Below, one piece after another: positions 24,194 to 38,110 of a DNA stretch of 64,000 nt. Origin of the DNA: Eledone cirrhosa (taxonomy: Eukaryota). Below the pieces are notes generated by a model that saw nothing but the letters and a program-made list of their open reading frames with translations, was not told the DNA's origin and made no database searches. A program made the translations under genes and the position numbers. Location of the stretch: assembly GCA_964016885.1 (NCBI GenBank), contig OZ024743.1, positions 92,628,001 to 92,692,000 of the forward strand, in the 5' to 3' direction. Numbering within the stretch: the first letter of the stretch is position 1; the number at the start of each line of letters is the position of its first letter.

Positions 24194-24313
24194 GTTTACG
24201 GCCATATCCCGCTGAAAACACCGGTTCTCGTCCGATCACCGAAGTTAAGCAACGTCGAGCCTAGTTAGTACTTGGATGGGTGACCGCTTGGGAACCCTAG
24301 GTGCCGTAAGCGT
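24194..24313 (+). rRNA. 5S rRNA: 5S rRNA
   Basis: Matches copy 1. Confidence 0.98.
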
Positions 24314-25573
24314 TTATTTTTTAAAAAAATTAATTTCTTTTCAGAGCTGTTTATTTTTTACTTGGGTGAGCGCTTAGGAAACCGAGCTGCTGCAAACATT
24401 TCCCTTTTTCTTTCTTTAGTTAGTTTGATTTGCAAGCTTTTCTCTCCAGTGTCTGTTAGTTTCAAAATAATTATGCACGCAAACTTTTTCCTTTCTTTCA
24501 ACTCTACCCTTCGCATACACACTACTGCAAGCGTCTTATAGGCTACCGACTGCAAAAACAGAGTTTGTTGATAATTTCAGATATTTCAAACTTTTATTCC
24601 GTCTGCCTTCGGAAGTAGTGAGCCTGCTATATACGCTAGAAAATATTTATTGAACAAAGATTTGGCTGCTTTTTCTAGCATGTAAAATGAGGGTCCATTT
24701 ATACCACTTTCCATCCTAATCAGAAACCATCAAGTTAACACCGAGATTCAAAGAAAAGCTCCCATCACAACTGCTATCACTTTCGCATTTCCCTCTGAAA
24801 ATATTAAATCGAAACGAAAGAAAGTATTGAGCCAACACTAAGTGTGTCGATCGGTCACATAACGGGTTCCGGAGCCTACCTGTAATAGCTTTTGATACTA
24901 GAAAACACACTGGCAACCTTACTGCGGATGATAGCGAGTCTAAGAAGCTGATACAACCAAGCAGACTCGCAGTCAGCGTCTGATACCTCGGTAAGGCGAG
25001 TGGCCAACTATGACAAAAAGTTCGTTGTTAGTGGACCAGCTCCTGCAAACGTCTTAGAAGCTACAGGCTGGAAAAACATAGTTTGTTGATAATTTCCGAT
25101 GTTTCAAAGTTATATTCCGTCCGCCTTCGGAAGTAGTGAGCCTGCTATATACTCTAGAAAATATTTATTGAACAAAGATTTGGCTGCTTTTTCTAGCATG
25201 TAAAATGAGCACATTTCTTTAGAGCCGTTCGAATCGAAGATGATGGACATGTGTAATAATTAATTCGGAATGGGTATCGTAGCTAGTTATTTGGCCGAGT
25301 TATATAAACAAAAAGAGAACATAAGTTTTAAAGACAGCAATATCGACAACTATGCGATACTCTCGTAGTTAATAACGTGTGCTAATTTAAAAGTTAGATG
25401 AGATTTATGCAAAAGTTTATTAAGCAACCTAAATTGCTTGAAAATACTATGTTCTATGGTTGAAAGTATGAAAAATGTAAAATAGAAAATTAAAGTATAA
25501 AAATTACTGTAAAAGAAAGGTGTTTAGTGAGTTGTTTTATACAATAAAACTATTAAATTGAGTGTAAGCTTTC

Positions 25574-25693
25574 GTTTACGGCCATATCCCGCTGAAAACA
25601 CCGGTTCTCGTCCGATCACCGAAGTTAAGCAACGTCGAGCCTAGTTAGTACTTGGATGGGTGACCGCTTGGGAACCCTAGGTGCCGTAAGCGT
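25574..25693 (+). rRNA. 5S rRNA: 5S rRNA
   Basis: Matches copy 1. Confidence 0.98.
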
Positions 25694-26953
25694 TTATTTT
25701 TTTAAAAAATTAATTTCTTTTCAGAGCTGTTTATTTTTTACTTGGGTGAGCGCTTAGGAAACCGAGCTGCTGCAAACATTTCCCTTTTTCTTTCTTTAGT
25801 TAGTTTGATTTGCAAGCTTTTCGCTCCAGTGTCTGTTAGTTTCAAAATAATTATGCACGCAAACTTTTTCCTTTCTTTCAACTCTACCCTTCGCATACAA
25901 ACTACTGCAAACGTCTTATAGGCTACCGACTGCAAAAACAGAGTTTGTTGATAATTTCAGATATTTCAAAGTTTTATTCCGTCCGCCTTCGGAAGTAGTG
26001 AGCCTGCTATATACGCTAGAAATTATTTATTGAACAAAGATTTGGCTGCTTTTTCTAGCATGTAAAATGAGGGTCCATTTATACCACTTTCCATCATAAT
26101 CAGAAACCATCATTTTAACACCGAGATTCAAAGAAAAGCTCCCATCACAACTGCTATCACTTTCGCATTTCCCTCTGAAAATATTAAATCGAAACGAAAG
26201 AAAGTATTGAGCCAACACTAAGTGTGTCGATCGGTCACATAACGGGTTCCGGAGCCTACCTGTAATAGCTTTTGATACTAGAAAACACACTGGCAACCTT
26301 ACTGCGGATGATAGCGAGTCTAAGAAGCTGATACAACCAAGCAGACTCGCAGTCAGCGTCTGATACCTCGGTAAGGCGAGTGGCCAACTATGACAAAAAG
26401 TTCGTTGTTAGTGGACCAGCTCCTGCAAACGTCTTAGAAGCTACAGGCTGGAAAAACAGAGTTTGTTGATAATTTCCGATGTTTCAAAGTTATATTCCGT
26501 CCGCCTTCGGAAGTAGTGAGCCTGCTATATACTCTAGAAAATATTTATTGAACAAAGATTTGGCTGCTTTTTCTAGCATGTAAAATGAGCACATTTCTTT
26601 AGAGCCGTTCGAATCGAAGATGATGGACATGTGTAATAATTAATTCGGAATGGGTATCGTAGCTAGTTATTTGGCCGAGTTATATAAACAAAAAGAGAAC
26701 ATAAGTTTTAAAGACAGCAATATCGACAACTATGCGATACTCTCGTAGTTAATAACGTGTGCTAATTTAAAAGTTAGATGAGATTTATGTAAAAGTTTAT
26801 TAAGCAACCTAAATTGCTTGAAAATACTATGTTCTATGGTTGAAAGTATGAAAAATGTAAAATAGAAAATTAAAGTATAAAAATTACTGTAAAAGAAAGG
26901 TATTTAGTGAGTTGTTTTATACAATAAAACTATTAAATTGAGTGTAAGCTTTC

Positions 26954-27073
26954 GTTTACGGCCATATCCCGCTGAAAACACCGGTTCTCGTCCGATCACC
27001 GAAGTTAAGCAACGTCGAGCCTAGTTAGTACTTGGATGGGTGACCGCTTGGGAACCCTAGGTGCCGTAAGCGT
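26954..27073 (+). rRNA. 5S rRNA: 5S rRNA
   Basis: Matches copy 1. Confidence 0.98.
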
Positions 27074-28333
27074 TTATTTTTTTAAAAAGTTAATTTCTTT
27101 TCAGAGCTGTTTATTTTTTACTTGGGTGAGCGCTTAGGAAACCGAGCTGCTGTAAACATTTCCCTTTTTCTTTCTTTAGTTAGTTTGATTTGCAAGCTTT
27201 TCTCTCCAGTGTCTGTTAGTTTCAAAATAATTATGCACGCAAACTTTTTCCTTTCTTTCAACTCTACCCTTCGCATACACACTACTGCAAACGTCTTATA
27301 GGCTACCGACTGCAAAAACAGAGTTTGTTGATAATTTCAGATATTTCAAACTTTTATTCCGTCTGCCTTCGGAAGTAGTGAGCCTGCTATATACGCTAGA
27401 AAATATTTATTGAACAAAGATTTGGCTGCTTTTTCTAGCATGTAAAATGAGGGTCCATTTATACCACTTTCCATCCTAATCAGAAACCATCAAGTTAACA
27501 CCGAGATTCAAAGAAAAGCTCCCATCACAACTGCTATCACTTTCGCATTTCCCTCTGAAAATATTAAATCGAAACGAAAGAAAGTATTGAGCCAACACTA
27601 AGTGTGTCGATCGGTCACATAACGGGTTCCGGAGCCTACCTGTAATAGCTTTTGATACTAGAAAACACACTGGCAACCTTACTGCGGATGATAGCGAGTC
27701 TAAGAAGCTGATACAACCAAGCAGACTCGCAGTCAGCGTCTGATACCTCGGTAAGGCGAGTGGCCAACTATGACAAAAAGTTCGTTGTTAGTGGACCAGC
27801 TCCTGCAAACGTCTTAGAAGCTACAGGCTGGAAAAACAGAGTTTGTTGATAATTTCCGATGTTTCAAAGTTATATTCCGTCCGCCTTCGGAAGTAGTGAG
27901 CCTGCTATATACTCTAGAAAATATTTATTGAACAAAGATTTGGCTGCTTTTTCTAGCATGTAAAATGAGCACATTTCTTTAGAGCCGTTCGAATCGAAGA
28001 TGATGGACATGTGTAATAATTAATTCGGAATGGGTATCGTAGCTAGTTATTTGGCCGAGTTATATAAACAAAAAGAGAACATAAGTTTTAAAGACAGCAA
28101 TATCGACAACTATGCGATACTCTCGTAGTTAATAACGTGTGCTAATTTAAAAGTTAGATGAGATTCATGTAAAAGTTTATTAAGCAACCTAAATTGCTTG
28201 AAAATACTATGTTCTATGGTTGAAAGTATGAAAAATGTAAAATAGAAAATTAAAGTATAAAAATTACTGTAAAAGAAAGGTGTTTAGTGAGTTGTTTTAT
28301 ACAATAAAACTATTAAATTGAGTGTAAGCTTTC

Positions 28334-28453
28334 GTTTACGGCCATATCCCGCTGAAAACACCGGTTCTCGTCCGATCACCGAAGTTAAGCAACGTCGAGC
28401 CTAGTTAGTACTTGGATGGGTGACCGCTTGGGAACCCTAGGTGCCGTAAGCGT
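28334..28453 (+). rRNA. 5S rRNA: 5S rRNA
   Basis: Matches copy 1. Confidence 0.98.
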
Positions 28454-29711
28454 TTATTTTTTTAAAAAATTAATTTCTTTTCAGAGCTGTTTATTTTTTA
28501 CTTGGGTGAGCGCTTAGGAAACCGAGCTGCTGCAAACATTTCCCTTTTTCTTTCTTTAGTTAGTTTGATTTGCAAGCTTTTCTCTCCAGTGTCTGTTAGT
28601 TTCAAAATAATTATGCACGCAAACTTTTTCCTTTCTTTCAACTCTACCCTTCGCATACACACTACTGCAAACGTCTTATAGGCTACCGACTGCAAAAACA
28701 GAGTTTGTTGATAATTTCAGATATTTCAAACTTTTATTCCGTCTGGCTTCGGAAGTAGTGAGCCTGCTATATACGCTAGAAAATATTTATTGAACAAAGA
28801 TTTGGCTGCTTTTTCTAGCATGTAAAATGAGGGTCCATTTATACCACTTTCCATCCTAATCAGAAACCATCAAGTTAACACCGAGATTCAAAGAAAAGCT
28901 CCCATCACAACTGCTATCACTTTCGCATTTCCCTCTGAAAATATTAAATCGAAACGAAAGAAAGTATTGAGCCAACACTAAGTGTGTCGATCGGTCACAT
29001 AACGGGTTCCGGAGCCTACCTGTAATAGCTTTTGATACTAGAAAACACACTGGCAACCTTACTGCGGATGATAGCGAGTCTAAGAAGCTGATACAACCAA
29101 GCAGACTCGCAGTCAGCGTCTGATACCTCGGTAAGGCGAGTGGCCAACTATGACAAAAAGTTCGTTGTTAGTGGACCAGCTCCTGCAAACGTCTTAGAAG
29201 CTACAGGCTGGAAAAACAGTTTGTTGATAATTTCCGATGTTTCAAAGTTATATTCCGTCCGCCTTCGGAAGTAGTGAGCCTGCTATATACTCTAGAAAAT
29301 ATTTATTGAACAAAGATTTGGCTGCTTTTTCTAGCATGTAAAATGAGCACATTTCTTTAGAGCCGTTCGAATCGAAGATGATGGACATGTGTAATAATTA
29401 ATTAGGAATGGGTATCGTAGCTAGTTATTTGGCCGAGTTATATAAACAAAAAGAGAACATAAGTTTTAAAGACAGCAATATCGACAACTATGCGATACTC
29501 TCGTAGTTAATAACGTGTGCTAATTTATAAATTAGATGAGATTTATGTAAAAGTTTATTAAGCAACCTAAATTGCTTGAAAATACTATGTTCTATGGTTG
29601 AAAGTATGAAAAATGTAAAACAGAAAATTAAAGTATAAAAATTACTGTAAAAGAAAGGTGTTTAGTGAGTTGTTTTATACAATAAAACTATTAAATTGAG
29701 TGTAAGATTTC

Positions 29712-29831
29712 GTTTACGGCCATATCCCGCTGAAAACACCGGTTCTCGTCCGACCACCGAAGTTAAGCAACGTCGAGCCTAGTTAGTACTTGGATGGGTG
29801 ACCGCTTGGGAACCCTAGGTGCCGTACGCGT
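29712..29831 (+). rRNA. 5S rRNA: 5S rRNA (variants T43C, A116C)
   Basis: T>C at 29754 (CCGATC>CCGACC), A>C at 29827 (helix I). Confidence 0.96.
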
Positions 29832-31091
29832 TTATTTTTTTAAAAAATTAATTTCTTTTCAGAGCTGTTTATTTTTTACTTGGGTGAGCGCTTAGGAAAC
29901 CGAGCTGCTGTAAACATTTCCCTTTTTCTTTCTTTAGTTAGTTTGATTTGCAAGCTTTTCTCTCCACTGTCTGTTAGTTTCAAAATAATTATGCACGCAA
30001 ACTTTTTCCTTTCTTTCAACTCTACCCTTCGCATACACACTACTGCAAACGTCTTATAGGCTACCGACTGCAAAAACAGAGTTTGTTGATAATTTCAGAT
30101 ATTTCAAAGTTTTATTCCGTCCGCCTTCGGAAGTAGTAAGCCTGCTATATACGCTAGAAATTATTTATTGAACAAAGATTTGGCTGCTTTTTCTAGCATG
30201 TAAAATGAGGGTCCATTTATACCACTTTCCATCCTAATCAGAAACCATCATTTTAACACCGAGATTCAAAGAAAAGCTCCCATCACAACTGCTATCACTT
30301 TCGCATTTCCCTCTGAAAATATTAAATCGAAACGAAAGAAAGTATTGAGCCAACACTAAGTGTGTCGATCGGTCACATAACGGGTTCCGGAGCCTACCTG
30401 TAATAGCTTTTGATACTAGAAAACACACTGGCAACCTTACTGCGGATGATAGCGAGTCTAAGAAGCTGATACAACCAAGCAGACTCGCAGTCAGCGTCTG
30501 ATACCTCGGTAAGGCGAGTGGCCAACTATGACAAAAAGTTCGTTGTTAGTGGACCAGCTCCTGCAAACGTCTTAGAAGCTACAGGCTGGAAAAACAGAGT
30601 TTGTTGATAATTTCCGATGTTTCAAAGTTATATTCCGTCCGCCTTCGGAAGTAGTGAGCCTGCTATATACTCTAGAAAATATTTATTGAACAAAGATTTG
30701 GCTGCTTTTTCTAGCATGTAAAATGAGCACATTTCTTTAGAGCCGTTCGAATCGAAGATGATGGACATGTGTAATAATTAATTCGGAATGGGTATCGTAG
30801 CTAGTTATTTGGCCGAGTTATATAAACAAAAAGAGAACATAAGTTTTAAAGACAGCAATATCGACAACTATGCGATACTCTCGTAGTTAATAACGTGTGC
30901 TAATTTAAAAGTTAGATGAGATTTATGCAAAAGTTTATTAAGCAACCTAAATTGCTTGAAAATACTATGTTCTATGGTTGAAAGTATGAAAAATGTAAAA
31001 TAGAAAATTAAAGTATAAAAATTACTGTAAAAGAAAGGTGTTTAGTGAGTTGTTTTATACAATAAAACTATTAAATTGAGTGTAAGCTTTC

Positions 31092-31211
31092 GTTTACGGC
31101 CATATCCCGCTGAAAACACCGGTTCTCGTCCGATCACCGAAGTTAAGCAACGTCGAGCCTAGTTAGTACTTGGATGGGTGACCGCTTGGGAACCCTAGGT
31201 GCCGTAAGCGT
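31092..31211 (+). rRNA. 5S rRNA: 5S rRNA
   Basis: Matches copy 1. Confidence 0.98.
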
Positions 31212-32471
31212 TTATTTTTTTAAAAAATTAATTTCTTTTCAGAGCTGTTTATTTTTTACTTGGGTGAGCGCTTAGGAAACCGAGCTGCTGTAAACATTTC
31301 CCTTTTTCTTTCTTTAGTTAGTTTGATTTGCAAGCTTTTCTCTCCACTGTCTGTTAGTTTCAAAATAATTATGCACGCAAACTTTTTCCTTTCTTTCAAC
31401 TCTACCCTTCGCATACACACTACTGCAAACGTCTTATAGGCTACCGACTGCAAAAACAGAGTTTGTTGATAATTTCAGATATTTCAAAGTTTTATTCCGT
31501 CCGCCTTCGGAAGTAGTGAGCCTGCTATATACGCTAGAAATTATTTATTGAACAAAGATTTGGCTGCTTTTTCTAGCATGTAAAATGAGGGTCCATTTAT
31601 ACCACTTTCCATCCTAATCAGAAACCATCAAGTTAACACCGAGATTCAAAGAAAAGCTCCCATCACAACTGCTATCACTTTCGCATTTCCCTCTGAAAAT
31701 ATTAAATCGAAACGAAAGAAAGTATTGAGCCAACACTAAGTGTGTCGATCGGTCACATAACGGGTTACGGAGCCTACCTGTAATAGCTTTTGATACTAGA
31801 AAACACACTGGCAACCTTACTGCGGATGATAGCGAGTCTAAGAAGCTGATACAACCAAGCAGACTCGCAGTCAGCGTCTGATACCTCGGTAAGGCGAGTG
31901 GCCAACTATGACAAAAAGTTCGTTGTTAGTGGACCAGCTCCTGCAAACGTCTTAGAAGCTACAGGCTGGAAAAACAGAGTTTGTTGATAATTTCCGATGT
32001 TTCAAAGTTATATTCCGTCCGCCTTCGGAAGTAGTGAGCCTGCTATATACTCTAGAAAATATTTATTGAACAAAGATTTGGCTGCTTTTTCTAGCATGTA
32101 AAATGAGCACATTTCTTTAGAGCCGTTCGAATCGAAGATGATGGACATGTGTAACAATTAATTAGGAATGGGTATCGTAGCTAGTTATTTGGCCGAGTTA
32201 TATAAACAAAAAGAGAACATAAGTTTTAAAGACAGCAATATCGACAACTATGCGATACTCTCGTAGTTAATAACGTGTGCTAATTTAAAAGTTAGATGAG
32301 ATTCATGTAAAAGTTTATTAAGCAACCTAAATTGCTTGAAAATACTATGTTCTATGGTTGAAAGTATGAAAAATGTAAAACAGAAAATTAAAGTATAAAA
32401 ATTACTGTAAAAGAAAGGTGTTTAGTGAGTTGTTTTATACAATAAAACTATTAAATTGAGTGTAAGATTTC

Positions 32472-32591
32472 GTTTACGGCCATATCCCGCTGAAAACACC
32501 GGTTCTCGTCCGACCACCGAAGTTAAGCAACGTCGAGCCTAGTTAGTACTTGGATGGGTGACCGCTTGGGAACCCTAGGTGCCGTAAGCGT
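32472..32591 (+). rRNA. 5S rRNA: 5S rRNA (variant T43C)
   Basis: T>C at 32514. Confidence 0.97.
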
Positions 32592-33851
32592 TTATTTTTT
32601 TAAAAAATTAATTTCTTTTCAGAGCTGTTTATTTTTTACTTGGGTGAGCGCTTAGGAAACCGAGCTGCTGCAAACATTTCCCTTTTTCTTTCTTTAGTTA
32701 GTTTGATTTGCAAGCTTTTCTCTCCAGTGTCTGTTAGTTTCAAAATAATTATGCACGCAAACTTTTTCCTTTCTTTCAACTCTACCCTTCGCATACACAC
32801 TACTGCAAACGTCTTATAGGCTACCGACTGCAAAAACAGAGTTTGTTGATAATTTCAGATATTTCAAACTTTTATTCCGTCTGCCTTCGGAAGTAGTGAG
32901 CCTGCTATATACGCTAGAAAATATTTATTGAACAAAGATTTGGCTGCTTTTTCTAGCATGTAAAATGAGGGTCCATTTATACCACTTTCCATCCTAATCA
33001 GAAACCATCAAGTTAACACCGAGATTCAAAGAAAAGCTCCCATCACAACTGCTATCACTTTCGCATTTCCCTCTGAAAATATTAAATCGAAACGAAAGAA
33101 AGTATTGAGCCAACACTAAGTGTGTCGATCGGTCACATAACGGGTTCCGGAGCCTACCTGTAATAGCTTTTGATACTAGAAAACACACTGGCAACCTTAC
33201 TGCGGATGATAGCGAGTCTAAGAAGCTGATACAACCAAGCAGACTCGCAGTCAGCGTCTGATACCTCGGTAAGGCGAGTGGCCAACTATGACAAAAAGTT
33301 CGTTGTTAGTGGACCAGCTCCTGCAAACGTCTTAGAAGCTACAGGCTGGAAAAACAGAGTTTGTTGATAATTTCCGATGTTTCAAAGTTATATTCCGTCC
33401 GCCTTCGGAAGTAGTGAGCCTGCTATATACTCTAGAAAATATTTATTGAACAAAGATTTGGCTGCTTTTTCTAGCATGTAAAATGAGCACATTTCTTTAG
33501 AGCCGTTCGAATCGAAGATGATGGACATGTGTAATAATTAATTAGGAATGGGTATCGTAGCTAGTTATTTGGCCGAGTTATATAAACAAAAAGAGAACAT
33601 AAGTTTTAAAGACAGCAATATCGACAACTATGCGATACTCTCGTAGTTAATAACGTGTGCTAATTTATAAATTAGATGAGATTTATGTAAAAGTTTATTA
33701 AGCAACCTAAATTGCTTGAAAATACTATGTTCTATGGTTGAAAGTATGAAAAATGTAAAACAGAAAATTAAAGTATAAAAATTACTGTAAAAGAAAGGTG
33801 TTTAGTGAGTTGTTTTATACAATAAAACTATTAAATTGAGTGTAAGATTTC

Positions 33852-33971
33852 GTTTACGGCCATATCCCGCTGAAAACACCGGTTCTCGTCCGATCACCGA
33901 AGTTAAGCAACGTCGAGCCTAGTTAGTACTTGGATGGGTGAGCGCTTGGGAACCCTAGGTGCCGTAAGCGT
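33852..33971 (+). rRNA. 5S rRNA: 5S rRNA (variant C91G)
   Basis: C>G at 33942. Confidence 0.97.
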
Positions 33972-35231
33972 TTATTTTTTTTTTAAATTAATTTCTTTTC
34001 AGAGCTGTTTATTTTTTACTTGGGTGAGCGCTTAGGAAACCGAGCTGCTGTAAACATTTCCCTTTTTCTTTCTTTAGTTAGTTTGATTTGCAAGCTTTTC
34101 TCTCCACTGTCTGTTAGTTTCAAAATAATTATGCACGCAAACTTTTTCCTTTCTTTCAACTCTACCCTTCGCATACACACTACTGCAAACGTCTTATAGG
34201 CTACCGACTGCAAAAACAGAGTTTGTTGATAATTTCAGATATTTCAAACTTTTATTCCATCTGCCTTCGGAAGTAGTGAGCCTGCTATATACGCTAGAAA
34301 ATATTTATTGAACAAAGATTTGGCTGCTTTTTCTAGCATGTAAAATGAGGGTCCATTTATACCACTTTCCATCATAATCAGAAACCATCATTTTAACACC
34401 GAGATTCAAAGAAAAGCTCCCATCACAACTGCTATCACTTTCGCATTTCCCTCTGAAAATATTAAATCGAAACGAAAGAAAGTATTGAGCCAACACTAAG
34501 TGTGTCTATCGGTCACATAACGGGTTCCGGAGCCTACCTCTAATAGCTTTTGATACTAGAAAACACACTGGCAACCTTACTGCGGATGATAGCGAGTCTA
34601 AGAAGCTGATACAACCAAGCAGACTCGCAGTCAGCGTCTGATACCTCGGTAAGGCGAGTGGCCAACTATGACAAAAAGTTCGTTGTTAGTGGACCAGCTC
34701 CTGCAAACGTCTTAGAAGCTACAGGCTGGAAAAACATAGTTTGTTGATAATTTCCGATGTTTCAAAGTTATATTCCGTCCGCCTTCGGAAGTAGTGAGCC
34801 TGCTATATACTCTAGAAAATATTTATTGAACAAAGATTTGGCTGCTTTTTCTAGCATGTAAAATGAGCACATTTCTTTAGAGCCGTTCGAATCGAACATG
34901 ATGGACATGTGTAATAATTAATTAGGAATGGGTATCGTAGCTAGTTATTTGGCCGAGTTATATAAACAAAAAGAGAACATAAGTTTTAAAGACAGCAATA
35001 TCGACAACTATGCGATACTCTCGTAGTTAATAACGTGTGCTAATTTAAAAGTTAGATGAGATTTATGTAAAAGTTTATTAAGCAACCTAAATTGCTTGAA
35101 AATACTATGTTCTATGGTTGAAAGTATGAAAAATGTAAAATAGAAAATAAAAGTATAAAAATTACTGTAAAAGAAAGGTGTTTAGTGAGTTGTTTTATAC
35201 AATAAAACTATTAAATTGAGTGTAAGCTTTC

Positions 35232-35351
35232 GTTTACGGCCATATCCCGCTGAAAACACCGGTTCTCGTCCGATCACCGAAGTTACGCAACGTCGAGCCT
35301 AGTTAGTACTTGGATGGGTGACCGCTTGGGAACCCTAGGTGCCGTAAGCGT
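35232..35351 (+). rRNA. 5S rRNA: 5S rRNA (variant A55C, box A)
   Basis: AGTTAAGC>AGTTACGC at 35286. Confidence 0.96.
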
Positions 35352-36610
35352 TTATTTTTTTAAAAAATTAATTTCTTTTCAGAGCTGTTTTTTTTTACTT
35401 GGGTGAGCGCTTAGGAAACCGAGCTGCTGTAAACATTTCCCTTTTTCTTTCTTTAGTTAGTTTGATTTGCAAGCTTTTCTCTCCACTGTCTGTTAGTTTC
35501 AAAATAATTATGCACGCAAACTTTTTCCTTTCTTTCAACTCTACCCTTCGCATACACACTACTGCAAACGTCTTATAGGCTACCGACTGCAAAAACAGAG
35601 TTTGTTGATAATTTCAGATATTTCAAACTTTTATTCCATCTGCCTTCGGAAGTAGTGAGCCTGCTATATACGCTAGAAAATATTTATTGAACAAAGATTT
35701 GGCTGCTTTTTCTAGCATGTAAAATGAGGGTCCATTTATACCACTTTCCATCCTAATCAGAAACCATCATTTTAACACCGAGATTCAAAGAAAAGCTCCC
35801 ATCACAACTGCTATCACTTTCGCATTTCCCTCTGAAAATATTAAATCGAAACGAAAGAAAGTATTGAGCCAACACTAAGTGTGTCTATCGGTCACATAAC
35901 GGGTTCCGGAGCCTACCTGTAATAGCTTTTGATACTAGAAAACACACTGGCAACCTTACTGCGGATGATAGCGAGTCTAAGAAGCTGATACAACCAAGCA
36001 GACTCGCAGTCAGCGTCTGATACCTCGGTAAGGCGAGTGGCCAACTATGACAAAAAGTTCGTTGTTAGTGGACCAGCTCCTGCAAACGTCTTAGAAGCTA
36101 CAGGCTGGAAAAACATAGTTTGTTGATAATTTCCGATGTTTCAAAGTTATATTCCGTCCGCCTTCGGAAGTAGTGAGCCTGCTATATACTCTAGAAAATA
36201 TTTATTGAACAAAGATTTGGCTGCTTTTTCTAGCATGTAAAATGAGCACATTTCTTTAGAGCCGTTCGAATCGAACATGATGGACATGTGTAATAATTAA
36301 TTAGGAATGGGTATCGTAGCTAGTTATTTGGCCGAGTTATATAAACAAAAAGAGAACATAAGTTTTAAAGACAGCAATATCGACAACTATGCGATACTCT
36401 CGTAGTTAATAACGTGTGCTAATTTAAAAGTTAGATGAGATTTATGTAAAAGTTTATTAAGCAACCTAAATTGCTTGAAAATACTATGTTCTATGGTTGA
36501 AAGTATGAAAAATGTAAAATAGAAAATTAAAGTATAAAAATTACTGTAAAAGAAAGGTGTTTAGTGAGTTGTTTTATACAATAAAACTATTAAATTGAGT
36601 GTAAGATTTC

Positions 36611-36730
36611 GTTTACGGCCATATCCCGCTGAAAACACCGGTTCTCGTCCGATCACCGAAGTTAAGCAACGTCGAGCCTAGTTAGTACTTGGATGGGTGA
36701 CCGCTTGGGAACCCTAGGTGCCGTAAGCGT
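36611..36730 (+). rRNA. 5S rRNA: 5S rRNA
   Basis: Matches copy 1. Confidence 0.98.
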
Positions 36731-37990
36731 TTATTTTTTTTAAAAATTAATTTCTTTTCAGAGCTGTTTATTTTTTACTTGGGTGAGCGCTTAGGAAACC
36801 GAGCTGCTGTAAACATTTCCCTTTTTCTTTCTTTAGTTAGTTTGATTTGCAAGCTTTTCTCTCCACTGTCTGTTAGTTTCAAAATAATTATGCACGCAAA
36901 CTTTTACCTTTCTTTCAACTCTACCCTTCGCATACACACTACTGCAAACGTCTTATAGGCTACCGACTGCAAAAACAGAGTTTGTTGATAATTTCAGATA
37001 TTTCAAACTTTTATTCCGTCTGCCTTCGGAAGTAGTGAGCCTACTATATACGCTAGAAAATATTTATTGAACAAAGATTTGGCTGCTTTTTCTAGCATGT
37101 AAAATGAGGGTCCATTTATACCACTTTCCATCCTAATCAGAAACCATCAAGTTAACACCGAGATTCAAAGAAAAGCTCCCATCACAACTGCTATCACTTT
37201 CGCATTTCCCTCTGAAAATATTAAATCGAAACGAAAGAAAGTATTGAGCCAACACTAAGTGTGTCGATCGGTCATATAACGGGTTCCGGAGCCTACCTCT
37301 AATAGCTTTTGATACTAGAAAACACACTGGCAACCTTACTGCGGATGATAGCGAGTCTAAGAAGCTGATACAACCAAGCAGACTCGCAGTCAGCGTCTGA
37401 TACCTCGGTAAGGCGAGTGGCCAACTATGACAAAAAGTTCGTTGTTAGTGGACCAGCTCCTGCAAACGTCTTAGAAGCTACAGGCTGGAAAAACATAGTT
37501 TGTTGATAATTTCCGATGTTTCAAAGTTATATTCCGTCCGCCTTCGGAAGTAGTGAGCCTGCTATATACTCTAGAAAATATTTATTGAACAAAGATTTGG
37601 CTGCTTTTTCTAGCATGTAAAATGAGCACATTTCTTTAGAGCCGTTCGAATCGAAGATGATGGACATGTGTAATAATTAATTAGGAATGGGTATCGTAGC
37701 TAGTTATTTGGCCGAGTTATATAAACAAAAAGAGAACATAAGTTTTAAAGACAGCAATATCGACAACTATGCGATACTCTCGTAGTTAATAACGTGTGCT
37801 AATTTATAAATTAGATGAGATTTATGTAAAAGTTTATTAAGCAACCTAAATTGCTTGAAAATACTATGTTCTATGGTTGAAAGTATGAAAAATGTAAAAC
37901 AGAAAATTAAAGTATAAAAATTACTGTAAAAGAAAGGTGTTTAGTGAGTTGTTTTATACAATAAAACTATTAAATTGAGTGTAAGATTTC

Positions 37991-38110
37991 GTTTACGGCC
38001 ATATCCCGCTGAAAACACCGGTTCTCGTCCGATCACCGAAGTTAAGCAACGTCGAGCCTAGTTAGTACTTGGATGGGTGAGCGCTTGGGAACCCTAGGTG
38101 CCGTAAGCGT
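37991..38110 (+). rRNA. 5S rRNA: 5S rRNA (variant C91G)
   Basis: C>G at 38081. Confidence 0.97.

Noticed and set aside
1-29200. Array as an assembly artefact
   Set aside because: Units carry distinct, structured SNP haplotypes rather than identical copies; exact copy number still needs read-depth confirmation.
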